64,000 bases of DNA. Source: Flavobacteriaceae bacterium. GTDB lineage: Bacteria; Bacteroidota; Bacteroidia; Flavobacteriales; Flavobacteriaceae. The DNA lies in assembly GCA_018657955.1 (NCBI GenBank), contig JABHWD010000020.1:130891-194890 (forward strand), written 5' to 3'. Position numbers and translations under genes: made by a program. This document shows positions 50,509-60,059 of the stretch, piece by piece. Every line of letters begins with the position of its first letter. Position 1 is the first letter of the stretch. Under the pieces are notes generated by a model. The model was not told the DNA's origin, did not search any database, and was given only the letters and a program-made list of their open reading frames with translations.

Positions 50509-52955
50509 AACTTAAATTCTAAATTAAGATTAAATATTCTTGGAGTAAGATAATTTGGTATTGAAAATTGTCTTTTTGAATAAACATCTCTCACCCATGT
50601 ATTAGTTATTGAGTTTTGAACATCAAACATGTTAAAAATTTCTAATCCAACTGTAAGTTCCTCAAATAAACTCCTGAAACCATTCTTGTATTTTTTATTA
50701 TTACCAACTATTACATAAGAAACACCTAGATCAGCTCTTTTATAATCAGGCAATCTATTTAAATAGCTATAAGGACTTGAATAACTTGGAGCACCTCCTG
50801 GGACACCAGTGTTGTAAATAAGATTTAAATACATTTTTAAATCAGGAATATTTGGAATATAATCTTGAAATAAAATACCAAACTTTAATCTTTGATCTGT
50901 TGGTCTTGCAATATATCCCTGATTACTTATGTTTTCTTCTGTTCTAAGATATCCTAAACTAAACCAAGATTCAGTTCCAGGAACAAATTCACCATTTAAT
51001 CTTAAATCTAATCCATAAGCATATGCTTTTGCATCATTATTAGCAGAATATCTTATTCTTACATTATCTATAGTGTAAGAATTAACATCATCCATTTTTT
51101 TATAATAGATTTCTGATAATAATTTAAAAGGTCTATCCCAAATTTTCATAGAATAATCATTAGATAAGACAAAATGGATAGATTTTTGAGCTTTTAAACT
51201 GTAATTAATATTACCACTATAATCTCTTAATTCCCTATAAAAAGGAGGTTGATAATAAATTCCTGTACTTAATCTAAAAAGCATGTCTTTTTCCCAATTA
51301 GGTTTTATTGCAAATTGAGCTCTTGGACTTAAGATAGTATTAAACTTATTTTGATTTATTTTCCATCCATGTATTCTTACTCCTGCATTATAATAGAATT
51401 TTCCTTTATTATTATTAGAAACTTTGCTCCATTGTAAATATGATTGTAACCTTTGTATTTTTGTTTTACTAGTAGTCCTTATGTTAGTAAAAGGAAGAAT
51501 AGGTCCTTCATTTGATTCATATGGTTGTTGGCTAAGTGAATTAACAAATGGCGGGTCTATTGAGAATCCAGCAGAATCAATTACTTCCCATTCAATAATT
51601 CTATCATCTATATTTTCAGATGTATATTTTACAGATAATTCAAGGTTGTTTTCATTAATTTTGTAATATAATTTATTTTCAATGTTAAAAATTAATGCAT
51701 CGAGATTATTTCTAGCATGATTTAATTGAGCGCCAATTCCTTCACTAAATTCAACCTCACCTAAATCTTCATCTCCAATACTACTATTTACCTCACCTAA
51801 ATTATATTGAGCTAGTATATCGAAATATTCTTTTTCTATAGTATTAAATATAGAAGCAATAAATTTCATCGTTAAATTCTTATTAAACTTTACTTTGGTA
51901 GATAAAGAAGAAAAGAATGTTTTATACTCATCTTTCTCCTGTCCATCATAATAAACAATTAAGGCAGTAGCATCTTCTAATGTTCCAAAATTTGTTTGTC
52001 TTGTCTGAGGTTCGTAATTATATTTATTAACTGATATATTAGAGAATAGACTTAGCTCGATTTTATCAGACAAATTATATGTTAAAAGATTTTGAAAATC
52101 CATAAAACTAGGTCTATAATTAGTTTTAGTTTCTTTAGATTCAACTAATAAACTATTATCTCTATATCTAAACCCTAGAATATTTTTAATTTTTGAGTTA
52201 TTTGATATCAAATCAGAAGAGATTCTACTCCCTAATAGGTTTAAATTAACGGATAATTTGTTTTTTAAAGGCTCTCGATACTTAATATCTAACACGGAAG
52301 ACATTTTATCCCCATACTTGGAGTGAAAACCTCCAGAAGAAAAATTTACTGATTTAATTAAATCAGTATTAACAAAACTCAAACCTTCTTGTTGACCTGA
52401 TCTAATTAAAAAAGGTCTATATATCTCTACATCATTAACATATACAAGGTTTTCATCAAAATTTCCACCTCTTACTGAGTATTGTGTGCTTAGTTCATTT
52501 GAAATATTTACCCCTGGAAGAGTTTTTAATAAATTCTCAATGCCCGGTTGAGCACCTCTAATTTTTCTAATAATTTCTGGATTAATATTTGACACCCCAC
52601 TAAAGTTTTCTCTTGAAATTGTATTTAAAACTATAGTTGCAATTTGTTCAACACTTTCATTCATTACAGGGTTAAATTCAAACTCCTCATCTGGTTCTAA
52701 ATTAAATTTGAGACTTATTTTTTTGTAATTTATATGAGTAAATTCAATTGTAACATCTTGATTTGAATCTACACCTATAGAATAAAACCCATTAGAATTT
52801 GATATAGCGCCTGAAGAATTAGAAATAATATTTACATTTTCAACAGGAATATCATTAGTATCTAGAATTACACCTCTTATTTCAGAACGTTGTGAAAACA
52901 CTTTTACAGATAAAAGGAAGATAAGTGTTAGAGATATTAATGTCTTTGTATTCAC
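50505..52955 (-). CDS. TonB-dependent receptor with N-terminal carboxypeptidase-regulatory-like domain
   Basis: After the signal peptide it reads IRGVILDTNDIPVENVNI (CarbopepD_reg-like), then plug motifs PGVNI...VRGGNFDENLVYVNDVEIY, a long beta-barrel and a terminal ...EFKF. I place the start at GTG 52955 (VNTKTLISLTLIFLLSVKVFSQ), 4 nt after the upstream stop. The track start at 53075 lies inside the upstream gene. Confidence 0.85.
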   Translation of the reverse strand: MNTKTLISLTLIFLLSVKVFSQRSEIRGVILDTNDIPVENVNIISNSSGAISNSNGFYSIGVDSNQDVTIEFTHINYKKISLKFNLEPDEEFEFNPVMNESVEQIATIVLNTISRENFSGVSNINPEIIRKIRGAQPGIENLLKTLPGVNISNELSTQYSVRGGNFDENLVYVNDVEIYRPFLIRSGQQEGLSFVNTDLIKSVNFSSGGFHSKYGDKMSSVLDIKYREPLKNKLSVNLNLLGSRISSDLISNNSKIKNILGFRYRDNSLLVESKETKTNYRPSFMDFQNLLTYNLSDKIELSLFSNISVNKYNYEPQTRQTNFGTLEDATALIVYYDGQEKDEYKTFFSSLSTKVKFNKNLTMKFIASIFNTIEKEYFDILAQYNLGEVNSSIGDEDLGEVEFSEGIGAQLNHARNNLDALIFNIENKLYYKINENNLELSVKYTSENIDDRIIEWEVIDSAGFSIDPPFVNSLSQQPYESNEGPILPFTNIRTTSKTKIQRLQSYLQWSKVSNNNKGKFYYNAGVRIHGWKINQNKFNTILSPRAQFAIKPNWEKDMLFRLSTGIYYQPPFYRELRDYSGNINYSLKAQKSIHFVLSNDYSMKIWDRPFKLLSEIYYKKMDDVNSYTIDNVRIRYSANNDAKAYAYGLDLRLNGEFVPGTESWFSLGYLRTEENISNQGYIARPTDQRLKFGILFQDYIPNIPDLKMYLNLIYNTGVPGGAPSYSSPYSYLNRLPDYKRADLGVSYVIVGNNKKYKNGFRSLFEELTVGLEIFNMFDVQNSITNTWVRDVYSKRQFSIPNYLTPRIFNLNLEFKF

Positions 52956-52959
52956 GATT

Positions 52960-54657
52960 TTAATTAGGTTTCCTATAAAAAGTAGTCTTATACTCTGTTT
53001 TGTTTCCAACGTTATCAATAACTTCAACGCGTAGGCTGTTTTTAGCTTCACTAATGATCTTATCATTAAAGTCATACACTATCATCCCTTTTTTAGTATT
53101 AAGCTCAAATAGCACCCATTTATCATTTAGCCAGCCATTATAATTTCTAATACCAGATTCTCTATCCTGAATTCTAATTTTTAAATTAGAGAAACTAGAA
53201 ATCCAATCATTTTCTTTAAATCCAATAGAAGATATTGAAGGATTAATAGTGTCTAATTTTAAAACATATTTTCCTAATACTTTTGTTGATGACTTTTTTC
53301 CATCATAAGCATTCTTTGTATAGTTGTAATTTGCCACCTTGTTATTCTTTGAAATTTTTGCTATAAATAAACGGTCTTTTAAGGAATTGTTATAACGTTC
53401 TGTATTAAAATAAATTGTAATAGGCTTAAGAAGCGGGATAGTATCTTTGTCAATTGTCAATGTGTCGTTTTTAAATTTAGTTTCTAGAAATAAGTTATTA
53501 TAAAAGGTTTCCTTTAATATAGACACTTTAGCAGAATTGAATTCTAATTCATACTCTTTGTTTCTCTCAATATAGTTGAACTCAATACGCTTATTAATTA
53601 ACGCTATAGGTTCTTCTGGTTTGACACTGACACCTAGAACAGGAACAATTAATTTACTATTATTACCATTGGCGTCATATAAACTAACCTCATATATATA
53701 AGATTTTTTATTCTCAATTGTAATGAACCCGTTATTTAATTTAAAACTATATAGATCCAACAGATTATTGTCTTCAATAAATAGTTTTTGAATTCTTATT
53801 TCATAATTTTTAAAAAATGAGTAGTCAATAAAGGTATTTATGTGTTTAGTTTCATCAAATGATATTGAATCAAACACTATTTCTAATAGATTTTGATTAT
53901 TAAAAGAAGTTTTTATTTTAAATAGTCCATTGTTGTTATTTGCTAGATTATGTTTGTCAAAAGCAACAATTCCGACACCTATTTTTCCAACAGATTTTAA
54001 TGTATCAGAAATATATAAAGAATTCGAAACCTTTCTAATTTTAAGCTCAGTTTGACTGCTATAAAAATCATTATTATCATAAGATTTATAGAATAATTTT
54101 TTAAATAAAGGAGGCATATCATCTTCTATAAAAATACGTGCGTTTATCAACGGATTTACAGGTACTTGATTTTGGTCTCTTACTTCAAAGTGAAGATGAG
54201 GGCCGCTTGTACCACCAGTGTTCCCGCTAAATGCGATAAGCTCCTTTTTTAAAACTAAAATTTCATTTCCTTTTGGAAAAAATTCAATTTCATAAGATTT
54301 TTTTTTGTACTGTTTACTTTTAACAATCTTTTCTATTTTACTTGAAAATTTTTTTAAATGGGAATATACCGTTGTGGTACCATCGGGATGTTTTATATAT
54401 AATGCTTTTCCATAACCCCCATGGCTAATTTTAATTCTACTTACATATCCATTATCATATGAATAAACATTTAACCCCTCAATTCCTTTTGTCTTGATAT
54501 CTATTCCAGAATGAAAATGATTAGATCTTAATTCACCATAAGTTCCAGATAAAATTATTGGTATATCTAATGGACTAGTTATTTCTTGTTTAAATAAGTT
54601 GTTCTGAGATATAAGACTATTAGAGATTAAAAGAATAAAAACAAGCCTATGTCTCAT
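52960..54657 (-). CDS. M23 family metallopeptidase with a long uncharacterised C-terminal extension
   Basis: 565 aa with a signal peptide. The M23 motifs are HSGIDI and GPHLHFEV in the first ~170 aa. The remaining ~390 aa are beta-rich and I recognise no family. Confidence 0.85.
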   Translation of the reverse strand: MRHRLVFILLISNSLISQNNLFKQEITSPLDIPIILSGTYGELRSNHFHSGIDIKTKGIEGLNVYSYDNGYVSRIKISHGGYGKALYIKHPDGTTTVYSHLKKFSSKIEKIVKSKQYKKKSYEIEFFPKGNEILVLKKELIAFSGNTGGTSGPHLHFEVRDQNQVPVNPLINARIFIEDDMPPLFKKLFYKSYDNNDFYSSQTELKIRKVSNSLYISDTLKSVGKIGVGIVAFDKHNLANNNNGLFKIKTSFNNQNLLEIVFDSISFDETKHINTFIDYSFFKNYEIRIQKLFIEDNNLLDLYSFKLNNGFITIENKKSYIYEVSLYDANGNNSKLIVPVLGVSVKPEEPIALINKRIEFNYIERNKEYELEFNSAKVSILKETFYNNLFLETKFKNDTLTIDKDTIPLLKPITIYFNTERYNNSLKDRLFIAKISKNNKVANYNYTKNAYDGKKSSTKVLGKYVLKLDTINPSISSIGFKENDWISSFSNLKIRIQDRESGIRNYNGWLNDKWVLFELNTKKGMIVYDFNDKIISEAKNSLRVEVIDNVGNKTEYKTTFYRKPN

Positions 54658-54742
54658 GAATAAAATTTTATATAAATATCATTTTTTTAATTGAAAAAAA
54701 ATTAATTTTTTTAAAAAAATTGAAATTAGTAATTATCTATGT

Positions 54743-54750
54743 TAACTTTG
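54743..54750 (+). promoter_or_regulatory. Candidate -7 box (TAacTTTG) for the coiled-coil/zapA operon
   Basis: taactttg lies 27 nt upstream of the TTG start at 54777. Confidence 0.4.
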
Positions 54751-54776
54751 CTGGTATAGTATTAATGTAAGTTAGA

Positions 54777-55070
54777 TTGAACAATATAGAATCTTTATCT
54801 AGTCAAATTGAAGAAAAAATAACTAAAGTGTTAGACAGGCTAAACACGTTAGTTGAAAGAAATGGAGATTTAGAAGATAGGTTAAATAAAGCTTTAAGTA
54901 ATAATTTGAAATATGAAGAAGTATTAGAGTCTATGAAGGAAAAGTATAAGGCTCTAAAGATAGCAAATACTATAACAGGTAGTGATAATAATAGTATTAA
55001 GGAAACAAAAATTGAAATTAATTCACTGATAAGAGAAGTTGATTACTGTATTTCTCAATTATCAGATTAA
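54777..55070 (+). CDS. Hypothetical coiled-coil protein upstream of zapA
   Basis: 97 aa with heptad-like, Leu/Glu/Lys-rich sequence (TTG start). It is co-oriented with zapA and separated from it by 8 nt. Confidence 0.5.
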   Translation: MNNIESLSSQIEEKITKVLDRLNTLVERNGDLEDRLNKALSNNLKYEEVLESMKEKYKALKIANTITGSDNNSIKETKIEINSLIREVDYCISQLSD

Positions 55071-55078
55071 ATAATTTA

Positions 55079-55363
55079 ATGTCTGAGAAGTTAAAAATTA
55101 AGCTTTCTGTCGCCAATAGAGTATATCCATTGACGATTCATCCTTCTCAAGAAGAAGGTTTAAGAAAAGCTTCCCAAGAAATTAATAATATGATTAAGCA
55201 GTTTGAAGAAAACTATTCTGTTAGAGACAAACAAGATGCTCTAGCAATGTGTGCCCTTCAAATTGCCTCAAAAAAGACTCAGAAGTCTATTAATGAAGGT
55301 AATTTAAATAAAGCATTAGAAGATAAGTTAATGCATTTAAATGAACTATTAAAAGAAGTCTAA
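55079..55363 (+). CDS. zapA: Cell division protein ZapA
   Basis: 94 aa. KIKLSVANRVYPLTIHPSQEEGLRKASQEINNMI...DALAMCALQIA follows the ZapA pattern. Confidence 0.7.
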   Translation: MSEKLKIKLSVANRVYPLTIHPSQEEGLRKASQEINNMIKQFEENYSVRDKQDALAMCALQIASKKTQKSINEGNLNKALEDKLMHLNELLKEV

Positions 55364-55392
55364 GTTACGTTCCTTAAACTGTTATAAAACTG

Positions 55393-55551
55393 CCTACATT
55401 AGTTTTTTTTATAAACTCAACACTAATACATTAAAAAGGGTGAGTTTAAGTTGTTAAATCGTGCTGAATATTTCAGATTTTTGATCAGCTTTGTAACCCT
55501 AAACCTGTTAAAAACGGAGTTTACACTAAAAAAATTTATGTAGGTTTTTTT
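55393..55551 (+). ncRNA. Candidate structured small RNA (6S-RNA-like rod with central bubble) between zapA and rny
   Basis: A long interrupted closing helix pairs 55393-55399 with 55538-55544, 55401-55408 with 55529-55536, and 55412-55418 with 55518-55524. Two A-rich unpaired strands (55419-55436 and 55501-55517) face each other. The inner helix pairs 55437-55441 with 55496-55500. The apical hairpin is ctgaa-tat-ttcag (55464-55476). A T-run follows at 55545-55551. Confidence 0.45.
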
Positions 55552-55567
55552 ATTAAAAAAAGGAAAT

Positions 55568-57139
55568 ATGGAATTAAATACATTACTATTAATAGGGGTT
55601 GTTTTAGGTATAGTCGTTGGATTTATAGGAAATAAATTGACTGAAAGGTATAGATCTTCTAAACAAATTGAAGATTCTAAATTAGAATCAAAAAGAATAT
55701 TGGAAATAGCTAAGCAAGAATCGGAAAATTTAAAGAAAAATAAAATTATTCAAGCGAAGGAGAAGTTTCTTGAACTTAAGACTGAACATGAAAAAATTAT
55801 TTTTTCAAGAGAGCATAAAATTAAGAGTATAGAAAGGGAGGTTTTAGATAAAGAAAAAGAAATATCATCTCAATTATCTCAACAAAAAGATCTTAATGCA
55901 CAATTAGAATTAAATTCTGCGGATTATGAAAAGAAACTTGAGGTTTTAGAAAAAAGAACTTCTGAACTAGATAAAGCCAGAAAGGAACAAATAAAACAAC
56001 TTGAAATTATTGCTAGACTATCTGAAGAAGATGCAAAAAATCAATTAATAGACTCCATAAAAAAAGATGCTGAAGCAGATGCACTTGTTTATATAAAAGA
56101 GAAGATGGAAGAAGCAGAAATGACTGTACAGCAGGATGCAAAAAAGATAATTATTGATACAATTCAAAGAATAGGAGCAGAAGAGGCAATTGATAATACT
56201 GTTTCAGTTTTTCATATTGAATCTGATGATTTAAAAGGGAGAATAATTGGTAGAGAGGGAAGAAATATTAAAGCTTTAGAATCAGCAACTGGGGTTGAAA
56301 TAATAGTAGATGATACACCTGAGGCTATTATATTGTCATGCTTTGACTCAATTAGAAGAGAAATTGCAAGAATGGCGTTACACAACCTAGTTAAAGATGG
56401 CAGAATTCATCCAGCCAGAATTGAAGATGTTGTTAAAAAAACAGAAGAAAAAATTGAACAAGAAATTATAGAGGTTGGAAAAAGAACTGTTATTGATCTA
56501 GGAATTCACGGACTACATCCTGAATTAATAAGGATAGTTGGTAGAATGAAATATAGATCATCATATGGTCAGAATCTTTTACAGCACTCCAAAGAAGTAG
56601 CTAAATTAAGTGCAATTATGTCTTCTGAATTAGGTATTGATCCAAAACTAGCTAAAAGAGCAGGGTTATTACATGATATTGGAAAAGTGCCTAGTTCCGA
56701 AAAGGAAGTTGAAACTCCTCATGCAATTTTAGGAATGCAATGGGCTGAAAAATATGGTGAAAGCAAAGAAGTATGTAATGCTATAGGAGCTCATCATGAT
56801 GAAATCGAAATGAAATTCTTATTATCTCCAATAATTCAAGTTTGTGATGCAATTTCTGGTGCCAGACCAGGAGCTAGAAGACAAGTATTAGATTCATATA
56901 TTGAAAGGTTAAAGAATCTTGAAGAAATCGCATTTGAGTTTAAAGGAGTTCAGAAAGCTTATGCAATTCAAGCTGGTAGAGAGTTAAGAGTTATTGTGAA
57001 GAGCGAAAAAGTTAATGATGAAGAAGCTTCAAATTTATCATTTCAAATTTCTCAAAAAATACAAACAAACATGACCTATCCAGGCCAAGTAAAAGTGACC
57101 GTAATTAGGGAAACTAGGGCAGTGAATATTGCTAAATAA
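55568..57139 (+). CDS. rny: Ribonuclease Y
   Basis: 523 aa. It has an N-terminal TM, a long coiled coil, a KH domain ([15 protein letters not shown]) and an HD domain (LLHDIGK...GAHHDE). Confidence 0.95.
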   Translation: MELNTLLLIGVVLGIVVGFIGNKLTERYRSSKQIEDSKLESKRILEIAKQESENLKKNKIIQAKEKFLELKTEHEKIIFSREHKIKSIEREVLDKEKEISSQLSQQKDLNAQLELNSADYEKKLEVLEKRTSELDKARKEQIKQLEIIARLSEEDAKNQLIDSIKKDAEADALVYIKEKMEEAEMTVQQDAKKIIIDTIQRIGAEEAIDNTVSVFHIESDDLKGRIIGREGRNIKALESATGVEIIVDDTPEAIILSCFDSIRREIARMALHNLVKDGRIHPARIEDVVKKTEEKIEQEIIEVGKRTVIDLGIHGLHPELIRIVGRMKYRSSYGQNLLQHSKEVAKLSAIMSSELGIDPKLAKRAGLLHDIGKVPSSEKEVETPHAILGMQWAEKYGESKEVCNAIGAHHDEIEMKFLLSPIIQVCDAISGARPGARRQVLDSYIERLKNLEEIAFEFKGVQKAYAIQAGRELRVIVKSEKVNDEEASNLSFQISQKIQTNMTYPGQVKVTVIRETRAVNIAK

Positions 57140-58037
57140 TTTTTGACCGTGGATGAAATTTATTCATTACTTTAATTAACATCTTATTGTCTATATGCAT
57201 ATAGATCTCAGTAGTTGTAATACTCTGATGTCCTAACAATTGTTGTATTGTTTTAAGGTCTGCGCCATTTTCAAGTAAATGCGTAGCAAAAGAGTGTCTA
57301 AAGGTATGTGGTGAGATAATTTTTTTAATATTAGCTTGTTTAGCTAGATTCTTTACAATAGTAAAGATCATTGCTCTAGTTAGAGCTCTCCCTCTTCTGT
57401 TTAGAAAAAGAATATCCTTAAACTGTTCTACAATTTTTAATTTTTTCCTAGAATTATCTATATAACTTGTAATAACTTGTTTAGTCATAGTATTAATTGG
57501 AACTAGTCTTTGTTTATTGCCTTTCCCAGTTACTTTAATAAACTCTTCACTGAAAAAAAGATCTGAAATTTGCAATGAAATTAATTCGCTAACTCTTAAC
57601 CCGCATCCATAAAGCGTTTCAATTATAGCTGTATTTCTTTCTCCTTCACTTGAATTAATATCAATTTTGGAAGCCAATGTGTTTATTTCCTTAATTGTTA
57701 AAGTATCAGGAAGTTTCCTAGAAATTCTTGGTGATTCAATTAACGATAAAGGGTTGTTTGAAATATATTTTTCAAAAATTAAATATTCAAAAAAACTTCT
57801 TAACCCAGATATTATCCTAGATTGAGAAGAAGAACTAATGGATTTAGAAATAGAATATATAAACTCCTTAATTAAATCTGGAGAGACTTTTAAGGGGCTA
57901 ATAGATTTATTTTTATTTAAAATAAAGTTAGATAGTTTCAATATGTCATTTTCATAGCTAACAATAGAATTATCTGATAAACCCCTTTCTATCTTTAAAT
58001 AATTTTTAAAGTCATTTATTGCAGTTTCCCATTTCAT
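57132..58037 (-). CDS. xerD: Tyrosine recombinase XerD (chromosome dimer resolution type)
   Basis: 301 aa. The N-terminal [20 protein letters not shown] and the C-terminal [36 protein letters not shown] form the R-H-R-Y catalytic set. Confidence 0.85.
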   Translation of the reverse strand: MKWETAINDFKNYLKIERGLSDNSIVSYENDILKLSNFILNKNKSISPLKVSPDLIKEFIYSISKSISSSSQSRIISGLRSFFEYLIFEKYISNNPLSLIESPRISRKLPDTLTIKEINTLASKIDINSSEGERNTAIIETLYGCGLRVSELISLQISDLFFSEEFIKVTGKGNKQRLVPINTMTKQVITSYIDNSRKKLKIVEQFKDILFLNRRGRALTRAMIFTIVKNLAKQANIKKIISPHTFRHSFATHLLENGADLKTIQQLLGHQSITTTEIYMHIDNKMLIKVMNKFHPRSKII

Positions 58038-58067
58038 TTTTTTAGTATATGAGTATAATTTTTTTTA

Positions 58068-59444
58068 TTAAAGGTGTATAACTTCATCATAGGCATCAGC
58101 TGCAGCCTCCATTATTGCCTCACTCATAGTTGGGTGTGGATGAATTGTTTTTAAAACTTCTTGGCCTGTAGTTTCAAGTTTTCTTCCTAAAACAGCTTCA
58201 GCTATCAGATCTGTAACTCCTGCACCAATCATATGGCATCCTAGCCATTCACCATATTTTGAGTCAAAAATCACTTTGACAAAGCCATCTTTATTTCCTG
58301 AAGCACTAGCTTTTCCAGATGCAGAAAAAGGAAATTTACCAATTTTTATATCAAAACCTTGATCAATAGCTTGATTTTCAGTTAATCCAACACTTGATAT
58401 TTCTGGATAACAATAGGTACAGCCAGGAATATTTCCATAGTCAATTGGTGTAACATCGTGACCTGCAATTTTTTCAACACATAAAATTCCTTCTGCTGAA
58501 GCAACATGAGCTAGAGCAGGGCCAGGAACAATATCTCCAATAGCATAATAACCTGGAATATTAGTTTGATAATAAGAATTCACTAAGATTTTGTCTTTAT
58601 CTACAGCAATACCAACATCTTCCAATCCAATACCTTCAATATTAGATTTAATTCCAGTAGCAGATAATAAAATATCTGCATCCAAAGTTTTTTCTCCTTT
58701 ATTAGTTTTAATAGTTGCTGTGACGCCTTTCCCTTTATTTGAAATAGAGATTACTTCTGATGAAGTCATCACATTAATACCTCCTTTTCTAAATGATTTT
58801 TCTAATTCTTTTGAAATCTCATGATCTTCTAAAGGAACCAGATTGGGAAGATATTCTACAATTGTAACTTTTGTTCCTAAGCTATTGTAAAAATAAGCAA
58901 ACTCAACACCAATTGCCCCAGATCCAACAATAATCAATTTTTTTGGTTGTTTTGGGAGGTTCATTGCTTCCCTATATCCTATTATTTTTTTTCCATCTTG
59001 AGGAATTACGGGTAATACTCTTGATCTAGCACCAGTGGCTATTAAAACATGATCTGCCTGATATTCGATACCGTCGACATCAACAATTTTGTCTGGTTTA
59101 ATTTTGCCGTAGCCACTAATAACATCGATTTTATTCTTCTTCATAAGGAATTTAACTCCTTTACTCATGCCTTCAGCAATATTTCTACTTCTGGATATTA
59201 TAGCACCGAAATCACTAGAAAATTCTTTTATATTTAAACCATAATCATTAGCGTGATTTAAATATTCAAAAACTTGTGCAGATTTCAGTAAAGCTTTTGT
59301 AGGAATACACCCCCAGTTTAAACAAATTCCACCAAGGCTTTCTTTTTCAACTAAAGCTGTCTTAAAACCTAATTGAGAGGCTCTAATGGCTGTTACATAT
59401 CCACCAGGGCCGCTACCAATAATTATTATATCGTATTTTGTCAT
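58068..59444 (-). CDS. lpdA: Dihydrolipoyl dehydrogenase (E3)
   Basis: 458 aa. FAD site IIIGSGPGGY, redox disulfide GGICLNWGCIPTK, NAD site VGSGAIGVEFA, and the C-terminal HPHPTMSE. Confidence 0.93.
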   Translation of the reverse strand: MTKYDIIIIGSGPGGYVTAIRASQLGFKTALVEKESLGGICLNWGCIPTKALLKSAQVFEYLNHANDYGLNIKEFSSDFGAIISRSRNIAEGMSKGVKFLMKKNKIDVISGYGKIKPDKIVDVDGIEYQADHVLIATGARSRVLPVIPQDGKKIIGYREAMNLPKQPKKLIIVGSGAIGVEFAYFYNSLGTKVTIVEYLPNLVPLEDHEISKELEKSFRKGGINVMTSSEVISISNKGKGVTATIKTNKGEKTLDADILLSATGIKSNIEGIGLEDVGIAVDKDKILVNSYYQTNIPGYYAIGDIVPGPALAHVASAEGILCVEKIAGHDVTPIDYGNIPGCTYCYPEISSVGLTENQAIDQGFDIKIGKFPFSASGKASASGNKDGFVKVIFDSKYGEWLGCHMIGAGVTDLIAEAVLGRKLETTGQEVLKTIHPHPTMSEAIMEAAADAYDEVIHL

Positions 59445-59468
59445 TTCTTATAAGTTGTATTTTATTAA

Positions 59469-59960
59469 TTAAGATTTTTTCTTAAAATCGATACTAACAG
59501 AGTTTACGCAGTATCTTTTTCCTGTTTCAGTCGGGCCATCATCAAAAATGTGACCTAAATGCCCATTGCAATTTGCACATATAATTTCTACTCTATATCT
59601 ACTAAGAGAATAATCATCAACATATTTAATTGCACCTTCTATGCATTCATCAAAACTAGGCCAGCCACAATCAGATTTAAATTTTTGATCACTGTTAAAT
59701 ATAGGAGTCTTACATCCATTGCAGTTATATACACCGTTTTCAAAATGCATATTATATTTTCCTGTATGCGGATATTCAGTACCTTTTTCAATTAATATCC
59801 TATATTCTTCATCGTTTAATGTCTTTTTCCATTCTTCAGGGAGTTTTTTACTCATATCATTGGATTTTATTATTTGAGTAGAATTGATGCTTTTTTCTTG
59901 AGAAATCATGTTAATTGAATAACAAAACAATAAGATCGATAGTACCCACGGAGTTTTCAT
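59469..59960 (-). CDS. msrB: Peptide-methionine (R)-S-oxide reductase MsrB with N-terminal signal peptide
   Basis: 163 aa. The zinc cysteines are CNGC and CANC, and the catalytic region is GHLGHIFDDGP...RYCVNS. It is preceded by the hydrophobic leader MKTPWVLSILLFCYSINMISQ. Confidence 0.9.
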   Translation of the reverse strand: MKTPWVLSILLFCYSINMISQEKSINSTQIIKSNDMSKKLPEEWKKTLNDEEYRILIEKGTEYPHTGKYNMHFENGVYNCNGCKTPIFNSDQKFKSDCGWPSFDECIEGAIKYVDDYSLSRYRVEIICANCNGHLGHIFDDGPTETGKRYCVNSVSIDFKKKS

Positions 59961-60059
59961 ATAAATAATAATTTAATTGATTATAATAAAAAAATATTCT
60001 TATCTTTTTAACCTATTAATTAAACTTTACTTAGCTTTCTGCAAAAGTATCTTAATTAT

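Noticed and set aside
52956-53075. 40-codon N-terminal extension of the TonB-dependent receptor ORF
   Set aside because: It overlaps the 3' end of the upstream M23 peptidase gene and precedes a perfectly good signal peptide that begins at GTG 52955. It is likely an artefact of the longest-ORF rule.
57132-58037. Tyrosine recombinase as the integrase of a mobile element, possibly linked to the sialidase cassette
   Set aside because: Its sequence and length fit housekeeping XerD. It is 31 kb from the cassette, sits among core genes (rny, lpdA), and has no flanking repeats or cargo.
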